Part shown: piece by piece, positions 14,664-24,068 of the stretch
Layout of the letters: the number at the start of each line of letters is the position of its first letter
How positions within the stretch are numbered: the stretch's first letter is position 1
Assembly (NCBI GenBank): GCA_040005235.1
Contig: JBDTZG010000074.1
Coordinates: 1-24,068 of the forward strand
DNA from: Acidobacteriota bacterium
Lineage (GTDB): Bacteria > Acidobacteriota > Thermoanaerobaculia > Multivoradales > UBA5704
DNA: 24,068 bases
Direction of reading: 5' to 3'
Made by a program: the position numbers and the translations under genes
Notes under the pieces: generated by a model
Seen by the model: only the letters and a program-made list of their open reading frames with translations
Databases searched by the model: none
What the model was told of the DNA's origin: nothing

Positions 14664-15488
14664 CTACTTGGAGTCGACCGAGAAGTCGGTCAGTCCGACC
14701 GGCAGCGTCGTGACGACGAATTCCCAGCCGTCATTGGCGACCGGCGAGCCGCCGAAGGCGAGCGCGGCGCCAGCCGGGTTGTTGGTCGGGAAGAAGCTGC
14801 CGGCAGCCGTGGTCTCGAACAGGGTGTTGGTGGAAGAGCCGAGATCGACCGGATTGAACATCGCCTGGCCGAAATTGCTCAGCTCGGTGTCCGTGGCGCC
14901 GGTGGTCGTGCCGACGTTGTCGAACGTCTGACCCGCCCAGAGGGTCGTCGTGGTTCCCGCCGGGACCGTGAAGCCCGCGCCCAGGTTGCCGGAGAGAGTA
15001 GTCACCCCCGGCGGAAAGGAAAACGCGTTGAAGCTGAAACCGACCGGGGTTCCGCCCGGCGAATAGTAGGTGCCGGGAGCGTTCGCGAGCCCAGCGCCCA
15101 AGGAGGCGCCGTCGGCGTTCCAAAACCGCACGCGCGCGCGTACCGACTGAGTGGTGGCGTTCAGATTGGCGACCGAAAAGCGGATCGTGGTGACCGCGCT
15201 CACCCCCGGGTTGGTGGTGAATGTGAGGTCGTCCATGACCATGCGGGTAATGCCTCCGCTGGAGGCTCCTTGGGCGAAGGCCATACCGGAGAATCCGGTG
15301 ACGTTCGAGTAGATCGCGAGCGGGTCGACGACCCGAATCACCCGAACTTCCTGATGCTGCGAGAGCTCGGCGAGCGGTATGAACTTCTCGACATGGAGGT
15401 TGGAAATCGGCAAATTCCGGTCCGCGGCGAATGCCGAGGCGCCGCTTACGGCAATCGCGACGAGCACGGCGATGAACATCCTCTTCAT
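14664..15488 (-). CDS. Secreted beta-rich protein with C-terminal TLPVGLTDFSVD motif
   Basis: Signal peptide MKRMFIAVLVAIAVSGASAFA, SD GGAGAG, Thr/Gly/Asn-rich mature region. Confidence 0.85.
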   Translation of the reverse strand: MKRMFIAVLVAIAVSGASAFAADRNLPISNLHVEKFIPLAELSQHQEVRVIRVVDPLAIYSNVTGFSGMAFAQGASSGGITRMVMDDLTFTTNPGVSAVTTIRFSVANLNATTQSVRARVRFWNADGASLGAGLANAPGTYYSPGGTPVGFSFNAFSFPPGVTTLSGNLGAGFTVPAGTTTTLWAGQTFDNVGTTTGATDTELSNFGQAMFNPVDLGSSTNTLFETTAAGSFFPTNNPAGAALAFGGSPVANDGWEFVVTTLPVGLTDFSVDSK

Positions 15489-15535
15489 GGCGAATCTCTC
15501 CCGTTAGGATCAGGAATGAATTGTGGTTGTGCCGG

Positions 15536-15564
15536 ACTCTAAGGAGTACGGCTGCAACTGTCAA
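15536..15564 (-). promoter_or_regulatory. Sigma70-type promoter TTGACA-17 nt-TAGAGT for the secreted protein
   Basis: Minus-strand TTGACA at 15564-15559 and TAGAGT at 15541-15536. Confidence 0.6.
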
Positions 15565-15682
15565 CTATCACATCTGCAAGGGCGATGCCGCTCGACCGGT
15601 CCCCAGGGCCAATGCCGGCGGCAGGCCTGCGAGCCCCGACGCCGGGCTCCTACCTAATTAGAGCCCGCACCGGGCAAGGCGC

Positions 15683-17323
<1,641 letters not shown>

Positions 17324-17376
17324 GGGGGGCGGAGTATAGCCGCCAGAACTCTGCGACTCTACAGCCGGCTACGGCG

Positions 17377-17763
17377 CTACCACCGAAGGTCGACGGGGTA
17401 AGACCTCAGGACAGGATCGCCGCTGACGAGTGCAGCTCCCTCGACAAAGGCCTGTGCCACAAGGAGGCGGTCGAACGGATCTCGATGGTGAAAAGGAAGC
17501 GCTTCTAGAGCCAGGATATGCTCCTGGACGATCGGCAGAAGGGCTATGCCATTGGTCTTCTGCTGATGGGCCACGATCTCTGCCAGGGGAAGCCGAAGAT
17601 CCGGTTTGCCCAGCTGTCGTTTGATCTGGATCTCCCAAAGACAGGTCAAGCTGAGCACTAGCTGGTTCGCCGAGTCCCGGCAGAGGGCCAGAGCAGCCTC
17701 CGAGAGCTTCGCCGGCGCGCTATCCCACCAAATGAAAGTATGAGTGTCGAGGAGAAGTTTCAC
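17377..17763 (-). CDS. vapC: PIN-domain VapC-family toxin
   Basis: MKLLLDTHTFIW, WEIQIK, HHRDPFDRLLVAQA. Confidence 0.92.
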   Translation of the reverse strand: MKLLLDTHTFIWWDSAPAKLSEAALALCRDSANQLVLSLTCLWEIQIKRQLGKPDLRLPLAEIVAHQQKTNGIALLPIVQEHILALEALPFHHRDPFDRLLVAQAFVEGAALVSGDPVLRSYPVDLRW

Positions 17764-17996
17764 GCCGTCCCGAGCCAGAAATCATCCGCGAGAGGCGCAT
17801 CGAAATCGACCGCGGCTTCCATGCTTCCAGGATGCAGCCCAGGCACACGAAGCAGGGCAGGCGGTGCCAACGCCACCAATCGCGCCCGCGGAGTGGTGCC
17901 CTCCACCAACAAGATCTCCGTGCCCGCGGCCGCCTGCGCCACCAATGCGCGCAATTGGCTTTGCGCCTCAGAAAGCTCGATCGTTTTGGTCTCCAT
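17760..17996 (-). CDS. Phd/YefM-type antitoxin
   Basis: IELSEAQSQLRALV...GTEILL...PRARLV, acidic DFDAPLADDF tail; stop overlaps the toxin start. Confidence 0.88.
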   Translation of the reverse strand: METKTIELSEAQSQLRALVAQAAAGTEILLVEGTTPRARLVALAPPALLRVPGLHPGSMEAAVDFDAPLADDFWLGTA

Positions 17997-18196
17997 CGCG
18001 AGTACCTCTCTCAGCGGAGAGCTTGCAACATTCCCCTAATCCAAGAGCCTAGCAGACTGTTGAATTCTCCGTTCGTCCAGGAGATTTTATGAGGTTCGGA
18101 GACACCTGTCGACGACCCGTCCCGGGCCGTCCCGACGGCGGAGAGCGATTCGGTGCGAGAATCCCGTCCGGAACTTTCCTTCCGGAGGACCTCCCG

Positions 18197-18721
18197 ATGC
18201 GCCCGACCCTCACCCTGCTGCTCGCTTTCTCCTTCGCCGCCGGCTTTTCCCCCGTCTTGGTCGCCACCGAGGGTTTCGCGGCGCCCTCCGTCGGGGTCGA
18301 ACAGGCGCTCAACGCCTTCCACGCCGCCGCCGCCAAGGCGGACGAGGAGGCGTATTTCGATCTTCTGGCGCCTTCCGGGGTGTTCTTGGGCACGGACGCG
18401 ACGGAGCGGTGGGACAAGGCGGCCTTTCAGGCGTTCTCCCATCCCTACTTCGCCAAGGGCACCGCCTGGACCTTCGTGCCGCGCGACCGGCACGTGAACT
18501 TTTCGACCGACGGCCGGGTGGCCTGGTTCGACGAGTTGCTAGACAGCGCAACCTATGGCGAATGCCGGGGCAGCGGCGTTGTGGAAAAGATCGACGGCCG
18601 GTGGAAGGTGCAGCAGTACAACCTTTCGATCCCGCTGCCGAATGACCTCGCCAAAGACGTGGTGGCGCAGATCCGCGCTGCGAAGGCCGCCGCAACTCCA
18701 CCGGCGCGCCCGCCGCGGTAG
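18197..18721 (+). CDS. Secreted NTF2/SnoaL-like domain protein
   Basis: SD GGAGGA before ATG 18197; signal peptide; FLGTDATERW, VAWFDELL, CRGSGV, WKVQQYNLS. Confidence 0.88.
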   Translation: MRPTLTLLLAFSFAAGFSPVLVATEGFAAPSVGVEQALNAFHAAAAKADEEAYFDLLAPSGVFLGTDATERWDKAAFQAFSHPYFAKGTAWTFVPRDRHVNFSTDGRVAWFDELLDSATYGECRGSGVVEKIDGRWKVQQYNLSIPLPNDLAKDVVAQIRAAKAAATPPARPPR

Positions 18722-18776
18722 AGGACTCGCGCGCGTTTGACCCGCACCCCCCACCTGTGCCGAGATAGCGGCTCGC

Positions 18777-21035
18777 ATGCGCGCATTCTTTCCGCCCTCC
18801 CTCCTCGCCCTTTTCGGAATCCTGGCTCTCGCCTTCGGCTGTGACGAACAGCCTCTGGAGTACCCGGCGGTCCGGCCGCTGTTCGATGCGCTCCACGCTC
18901 CGGATCTCGAAGCCGAGGCGGGCGCGATTGCGTTGCCGCCTTCGCTCTCCGGCAATCGGTTCCTCTCCGGCTGGCAGGCTTGGCGGGATGGCGAACGGGT
19001 GGTCCTCTCCCCGACTCCCGGCGGCGGACGGATCGAGATAATCCGGTTGGTGGCCGAGGAGCGCCGGCTGGTGTTGGATCTCCGAGACGGCGATCCACTC
19101 GACGGGAGCGTACGGGTCCGCGCGGGCGAGCGCGAACTGGGTACGTTTCCCTGGCGCGATCCACTCGAAATCCCGATTCCGGCCGATCTGCCGCTCGGTC
19201 GGTTGGCGATCGATCTGGTCCCGGTTCCGGCAGGCGCTGCGAACCCCCGCGGCGCAGCGCAGATCCCCAATGTCGTGAACGCCGCCGTCCGCCCGATCCA
19301 ACCTTCTGGCGCGCTCAAAGTGGAGGGACGCGACCTGATCCAGGCGGGGAGCTCGCGAGTCGAGACGGTCATCCGCGCGACGGGCGAAACCGACTTGCTC
19401 GGCACGTTCGTCCCGCCGGAGAAACCGCGGTCGGGGCAGCGCTGGCAGCTCACGCTGGAACGGGAGGACGGCTCGAACATCCGCCGCTTCTATTGGTCGG
19501 CGAGCTTTTGGAACCGGCTGCGCGGCGAGCGTGGTTTCCGGCTGCCGCTGCGCGGCGCAAAGGGGCTCGTCCGCGTACGGCTCGACGCCTGGGGCGACGG
19601 CCCTCCCGGGCGCTGGCGCGATCTCTCCTGGGCCGGCCCGCCGGAGATAGCCGAGGGATATCTTGCGGCACGTCCGGCGGCGGACCTCGTTCCCGGCGCT
19701 CCGCCGCGACTGGTCGTGGTCTATGTGATGGACGCGTTGCGCGCCGATGCGGTCGGCGCTTTCGGCGGCCCGCCGGGCGGCACGCCGACGATCGACGGCT
19801 TTGGCCGCGAGGGGCTGATCGCGCTACGGCACCGGGCGAATTCGCCGAACACGCTGCCCTCCACCAAGACACTCTTCACCGGCCACGCCTACCTTTCGCG
19901 CGGCGGCTGGAAGCTCGGCCCCGAGGACGGGCCGACGCTCGCCGAGGCGTTCGGCCGCGCCGGGTACCATACCGGTCTGTTCTCGGGCAACGTCTACGTA
20001 AGCCCGGCCTATTCGACCGACCGGGGCTTCGAGCACGACGCGCCCGAGGTGCTGATCGAAGGCTACTCCGCGCAGGCCAAGCCGCCCTACAACGACAACG
20101 CCGAACGGGTGAACGCCGCGGCGCTCGCCTGGCTGCGGGGCCTGCCGCCGGGGAGCCGCGCCTTCCTTTATCTTCATGTGATCCACCCGCACAACCCGTA
20201 CGATCCGCCCCAGCCGTTCCGCTCGCAGTCGGCAGACATCGCGCCGGCCGGATCGAGCCTCGACGGCTCGACCGAGACGCTCACCGGGATCAAACAGGGC
20301 CGGCTCGAACCCGACGAGGCCGGCCGCGCGCGCCTGCGCGGGCTGTATCAGGGGAGCCTGGCGTATGCGGACGATCAGCTCGGTCGCTTCGCCGGGGAGC
20401 TCGCGAAGATCGTGCCGCCGACCGAGACGCTGTTCGCGGTCACCGCCGACCATGGCGAGGAACTGTTCGATCACGGCGGCGTGCTCCACGGCTACACCCT
20501 CAACGAGGAGATGCTCCATATCCCGCTCGCGCTCCGTTGGGCCGGGCGCCTTCGGCCGGGGAAGATCGAAGAGCCGACCGATACGCGGGACCTCCACGCG
20601 ACGCTCGTCGATGCTTGCGGCTTGCGCGATCCGGACGGCAAGCCGCTCCCCTCCGAAGGGCGCTCATTGCTCCGCCGACCCTTGCCGATCCCTGAGGGAG
20701 AACCGCTCCATTTCGCCGCCGCTTCGAGCGTCAAAGGGGGCATCTACTCGATCCAGTCGAAACGCTGGAAATTGATCTGGGCACCGCGGACGGGAATCGG
20801 CTGGGGCATGGGCGAAGGCGCCGGGCGCTCGCGCGATCCCGAATATCTGTTCGACCTCGCCTCCGATCCCGGCGAGCGGATCAACCTGGCAGGCAAGGGC
20901 GAAATCGAAGCCGAGTGGCTGCGCGGCCGGCTGCTCGCGTGGATCGCCCGGGCTCAACCCGAGGCCGAAGGCGGCGAGGCGCCGGTCGATCGGGAGACGC
21001 TCGACCGGCTGAGGGCCTTGGGGTATGTGAACTAA
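18777..21035 (+). CDS. Exported sulfatase/alkaline-phosphatase-superfamily protein
   Basis: Signal ending LAFGC; MDALRAD, SPNTLPSTKTLFTG, HPHNPY, TADHGE, LHG, LFDLASDPGE, C-terminal RLRALGY. Confidence 0.88.
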   Translation: MRAFFPPSLLALFGILALAFGCDEQPLEYPAVRPLFDALHAPDLEAEAGAIALPPSLSGNRFLSGWQAWRDGERVVLSPTPGGGRIEIIRLVAEERRLVLDLRDGDPLDGSVRVRAGERELGTFPWRDPLEIPIPADLPLGRLAIDLVPVPAGAANPRGAAQIPNVVNAAVRPIQPSGALKVEGRDLIQAGSSRVETVIRATGETDLLGTFVPPEKPRSGQRWQLTLEREDGSNIRRFYWSASFWNRLRGERGFRLPLRGAKGLVRVRLDAWGDGPPGRWRDLSWAGPPEIAEGYLAARPAADLVPGAPPRLVVVYVMDALRADAVGAFGGPPGGTPTIDGFGREGLIALRHRANSPNTLPSTKTLFTGHAYLSRGGWKLGPEDGPTLAEAFGRAGYHTGLFSGNVYVSPAYSTDRGFEHDAPEVLIEGYSAQAKPPYNDNAERVNAAALAWLRGLPPGSRAFLYLHVIHPHNPYDPPQPFRSQSADIAPAGSSLDGSTETLTGIKQGRLEPDEAGRARLRGLYQGSLAYADDQLGRFAGELAKIVPPTETLFAVTADHGEELFDHGGVLHGYTLNEEMLHIPLALRWAGRLRPGKIEEPTDTRDLHATLVDACGLRDPDGKPLPSEGRSLLRRPLPIPEGEPLHFAAASSVKGGIYSIQSKRWKLIWAPRTGIGWGMGEGAGRSRDPEYLFDLASDPGERINLAGKGEIEAEWLRGRLLAWIARAQPEAEGGEAPVDRETLDRLRALGYVN

Positions 21036-21065
21036 CCCCCACCCCCATTTGCTACAGTCCCCGCG

Positions 21066-22094
21066 ATGCGCATTCGCCCTTCTTGGCTGCTTTGGACCGG
21101 GATCGTGGCGACGTTTGCGCTCGCCGGATCGGCGAACGGGTTTCGGGCGGCTCATGCCCGCAAGAACCTTCCCACCCGGGCCGCCGAGTGGATCTGGTCT
21201 GGCGACGCGCGACGCGAGCGCAGCCCATCGGCTTTTTGGGCCGCCCGCGATTTCACGCTCGATGCCGTACCGGTGAGCGCGGTGCTGCAAGTGCAGGCCG
21301 ATCCGGAGTACGTGCTCTGGTTGAACGGCCGGCGGATCGGCGCGGGTCGCTTCGCGGTCGACGCGCCGCTCGACGGCTACGAGGTGGCTCCCCTGCTCGA
21401 AGTCGGAACGAATCGCCTGCTCGCCGAGCTGCGGAGCGACTATGGCGCCGGGGGCTTCCTGCTCAGCTTGACGGAGGGTCCCGCGGGGCGGCAGCGGGTC
21501 GCCTCGGATCGGGAGTGGACGATCCTGCGCCGCGACGATCCCAACTTGCTGCGCGGATTTCGGTCGCTCGACGGAGGCACCCCGGCGTATTCCTGGTCTT
21601 TCCCGCCGATCGGCCGTTGGGGCACGCCACGGCTCGGCCCCGTCCGGCCGATCCGTTTCGATCTTGGAAGGCCTGTGCCGCCGGCCCAACGCTCCGGATT
21701 GGCGAAGCGCGAGGTCCGGTTCGACTGGCCACCGGGGACACTCGGACGCTTGGCGGTCGAAGTCGTACCTCAGGAGGCGATACAGATCGCCGTGCTGCGG
21801 GTGCAGCCGGACGGAGCGCGGCCGGACCCCCGCTCGTGCTCCGCGATTTCGGTGATCCTGATGCCGAACCAGCGCGAATGGCTCGATCCGCAGGTGCGCC
21901 AGATTCAAGCGGTCGAAATCGTCGGCACGATCGGCATCGAATCCGCGCGGGTGCTGCCGCCCGACGGTCCGGAGGACCGGGTCGCGGCTCCGGCCGTAGC
22001 GCCGACCGGACTTCTCGGGCTGCGGGTGCCGCCTCTACGAACGCCGGTGGAGGACGAAGTCGGGCGCCAGCTCGAGCGCCTCCCGCACCTCTGA
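21066..22094 (+). CDS. Exported protein with galactose-binding-like (alpha-L-rhamnosidase N-terminal-like) domain
   Basis: AEWIW, RDFTL, LQVQADPEYVLWLNGRRIG, YEVAPLLEVGTNRL; no catalytic barrel recognised. Confidence 0.7.
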   Translation: MRIRPSWLLWTGIVATFALAGSANGFRAAHARKNLPTRAAEWIWSGDARRERSPSAFWAARDFTLDAVPVSAVLQVQADPEYVLWLNGRRIGAGRFAVDAPLDGYEVAPLLEVGTNRLLAELRSDYGAGGFLLSLTEGPAGRQRVASDREWTILRRDDPNLLRGFRSLDGGTPAYSWSFPPIGRWGTPRLGPVRPIRFDLGRPVPPAQRSGLAKREVRFDWPPGTLGRLAVEVVPQEAIQIAVLRVQPDGARPDPRSCSAISVILMPNQREWLDPQVRQIQAVEIVGTIGIESARVLPPDGPEDRVAAPAVAPTGLLGLRVPPLRTPVEDEVGRQLERLPHL

Positions 22095-23090
22095 GGGGGG
22101 GAAGAACTCCAGCTCCTTGCGCGCCGCCCGGGCGTACTCGGCGGCCAACTGCTCGGTCTCTTCGAGCGTCCCTTCCGCGGTCACCCGTTCCATGATCTCT
22201 TCCGGCGCCACCCGGTCGAAGCTGCGGTCGGCGAGCACCGTCTCGATCCGCCGCCGGTCGGCCGCGGCCACGCGGGGCAGCAGCAAGAGAATCGGCAGAG
22301 TGAGCTTGCCCTCTTTGAGGTCGGAGAGCACCGGCTTGCCCAGATCGGTCTCGCGGGCGGTGAAATCGAGCAGGTCGTCGACCAACTGAAAGCAGGTGCC
22401 GAGCGCCCGGCCATAGCGGGCGAGCACGGCCCCCGCCTCGGGCCGGCAGGGAGGGATCAAGCTCGGCAGCGAGCAGGCCGCGGCGAACAGGTGGGCGGTC
22501 TTCCGATCGACGATCTCGAAATACTCGTCGCGGGTGAGATCCGCGGCGCCGAGCCGCGCAAGGGCCAGCAGTTCCCCTTCGGTCATCTTGAGCGTCGCGT
22601 CGCACAGCCGCTGGACCGGCTCGAGGTGGCCGTGAGAAAGCGCCATGCGCATCGCCGTGGTGTAGATCCAGTCGCCCAACAAAACGGTCTGGTTGTTGCC
22701 CCAGAGATGGTTGAGGGTCGGCTGGCCGCGCCGGAGCGTGGCATGGTCGATGATGTCGTCGTGGATCAACGTCGCGGTGTGAATGAACTCGACCACCGCG
22801 GCGTAGGTGATCTCTTCCGGACCGTCGTGGCCGAGCAGCCTGGCACAGAGCAACAGCAGCGCGGGACGCACCCGCTTTCCCCCGCCATCGGCGATGTAAA
22901 CGCCGGCCTGGTGGATGAACGGCACGTCGGAGCCTAAGTGGAGGCGGAACACCTCTTCGGTCGCGGCCAGCTTGTCGGCGACAAGGCTTAAGAAACGGGC
23001 CGGCGAGACCGGCGGGCCGGCCGCCGTTCGAGGAACGTCGCGGGCCAACGGATCGGCCGCCAAGTCGAGAAGGTGAGGATCGGTCGCCAC
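22035..23090 (-). CDS. ispB: Polyprenyl diphosphate synthase (IspB/HepT-like)
   Basis: GGKRVRP, LIHDDIID (FARM), RRG, KTA, FQLVDDLLD (SARM), DLKEGKLTLP; GTG 23090 with AGAGG SD. Confidence 0.9.
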   Translation of the reverse strand: MATDPHLLDLAADPLARDVPRTAAGPPVSPARFLSLVADKLAATEEVFRLHLGSDVPFIHQAGVYIADGGGKRVRPALLLLCARLLGHDGPEEITYAAVVEFIHTATLIHDDIIDHATLRRGQPTLNHLWGNNQTVLLGDWIYTTAMRMALSHGHLEPVQRLCDATLKMTEGELLALARLGAADLTRDEYFEIVDRKTAHLFAAACSLPSLIPPCRPEAGAVLARYGRALGTCFQLVDDLLDFTARETDLGKPVLSDLKEGKLTLPILLLLPRVAAADRRRIETVLADRSFDRVAPEEIMERVTAEGTLEETEQLAAEYARAARKELEFFPPSEVREALELAPDFVLHRRS

Positions 23091-23116
23091 GTCTGGGCCT
23101 CTCTTGGGTCTGCGGC

Positions 23117-23785
23117 TCAAAACTTCCGGATCGGATCGAAGGGGATGACCTGGACCAATCGTCCGGATTCGAATCGGTAGGCGCGGCCGGCCTCGAAATA
23201 CCACCAGGTCGACTCGCGCCGGTCAGGGTACTCGACGATCCGCACCTCTTCGGGCTGCCCCAGCTCGGCGAAGACCCGGCGCTCGTCGGCGGTCTTGACC
23301 TGAGTCTCGAACGAGCGGAGCTTGGCCAATCGATCGCCCTCGCGGATGATCACGGGGACGTTGACCGCCCCGGACTCCAGTTGGCGAGCCGAAAGGCTCT
23401 GGCGCTCGAACACTTCGAACTTTTCTTCCTTGCCCCGTCGAATCGCTACGCCGGCTTGGAGCTCGAACCGGTTGAAGTACGGGTCCCAGGGCCAGGAGAT
23501 CGTATACGCCCCCCCGGCGTCCGTGTTCGCCGCGACCCGCCGCACCTCGTTCTCGCCGCGCCGCAAGCTCTTGCGCGAGGCGAGGAGCGCGATGCGAAGG
23601 CCCACCAACGGATGCCCCCCGGTGTCGGTCACCCTACCGGAGATCGCCACGGGATCGCCGGTCGAGAGCGCGAAAGAGGCCGCAGGAACGAGGCTCGCCA
23701 CGCAGCCCAAGACCAGGCACAAGCCGAAGGCGAGCCCACGAACCGGGCGCACGAAATGCCCTCGGGGCGGGCGGAGGCTGCTCAC
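23117..23785 (-). CDS. Exported protein with carboxypeptidase-regulatory-like domain
   Basis: Signal peptide, [15 protein letters not shown]...[10 protein letters not shown]-terminal LGQPEE...TWWY motif. Confidence 0.75.
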   Translation of the reverse strand: MSSLRPPRGHFVRPVRGLAFGLCLVLGCVASLVPAASFALSTGDPVAISGRVTDTGGHPLVGLRIALLASRKSLRRGENEVRRVAANTDAGGAYTISWPWDPYFNRFELQAGVAIRRGKEEKFEVFERQSLSARQLESGAVNVPVIIREGDRLAKLRSFETQVKTADERRVFAELGQPEEVRIVEYPDRRESTWWYFEAGRAYRFESGRLVQVIPFDPIRKF

Positions 23786-24068
23786 AGCGAACGGTAATTG
23801 GTAAAGGTGAGTGGAACGTCCAAAACGTCCGCGTCGAGGCCGCGCAGCATGGCGATCACGGTCTGCAGATCGTCGCGCGCCTTGCCCGAGACCCGCACGG
23901 TGTCGCCCTGGATCGAAGACTGGACCTTGATCTTACGGGTCTTGATCTCGGCGACGATCTTCTTGGCGGTCTCGATCGGAATGCCCTGCTGGAAGGTGAT
24001 CTTCTGCTTCGCCCGGCCGCCGCCCGAGGGCTCGACCTTGCCGTAGCGCGCCGACTTCAAGTTGATGC
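23782..24068 (-). CDS. yajQ: YajQ family nucleotide/c-di-GMP-binding protein (5' end outside window)
   Basis: [13 protein letters not shown]...[22 protein letters not shown]...FTNYR. Confidence 0.95.
   Translation of the reverse strand, partial: INLKSARYGKVEPSGGGRAKQKITFQQGIPIETAKKIVAEIKTRKIKVQSSIQGDTVRVSGKARDDLQTVIAMLRGLDADVLDVPLTFTNYRSL

Noticed and set aside
18764-18773. GATAGCGGCT partial match to the array core
   Set aside because: Single incomplete copy without the right arm or periodic neighbours.

Overview
GC-rich bacterial chromosomal window. The lineage is possibly Acidobacteriota, which is only a guess from gene style. The first 5.6 kb is the accessory part. A 5,242-bp IS1-family cargo transposon (288-5529) is bounded by inverted repeats with 16 perfectly matching bp (GGTAGTGGTAGCGTTT) and an exact 8-bp target duplication (CGACATAG). 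It has inserted into the tenth unit of an 11-unit array of 13-bp palindromes (GATAGC[C/G]GCTATC) spaced every 20-21 bp. Besides its DDE transposase it carries a highly structured ~185-nt non-coding segment with a micro-ORF, a HARE-HTH-like protein, an Xre-ImmA/IrrE peptidase + DUF4411 (PIN-like) pair, a small basic KGG-motif protein, two ribbon-helix-helix-like proteins, and an unknown gene apparently covered by a cis-antisense RNA. The rest is host DNA: ECF sigma/anti-sigma, murJ, an unannotated YfhO-like pseudogene, a TPR membrane protein, a glycosylation operon, a secreted protein with a terminal PVxLxxF motif, prfC, a vapBC-type TA pair, a SnoaL-like protein, a Thr-type sulfatase-fold protein, a polyprenyl synthase and partial yajQ. 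All calls come from reading the sequence by eye; no searches or folding programs were run.
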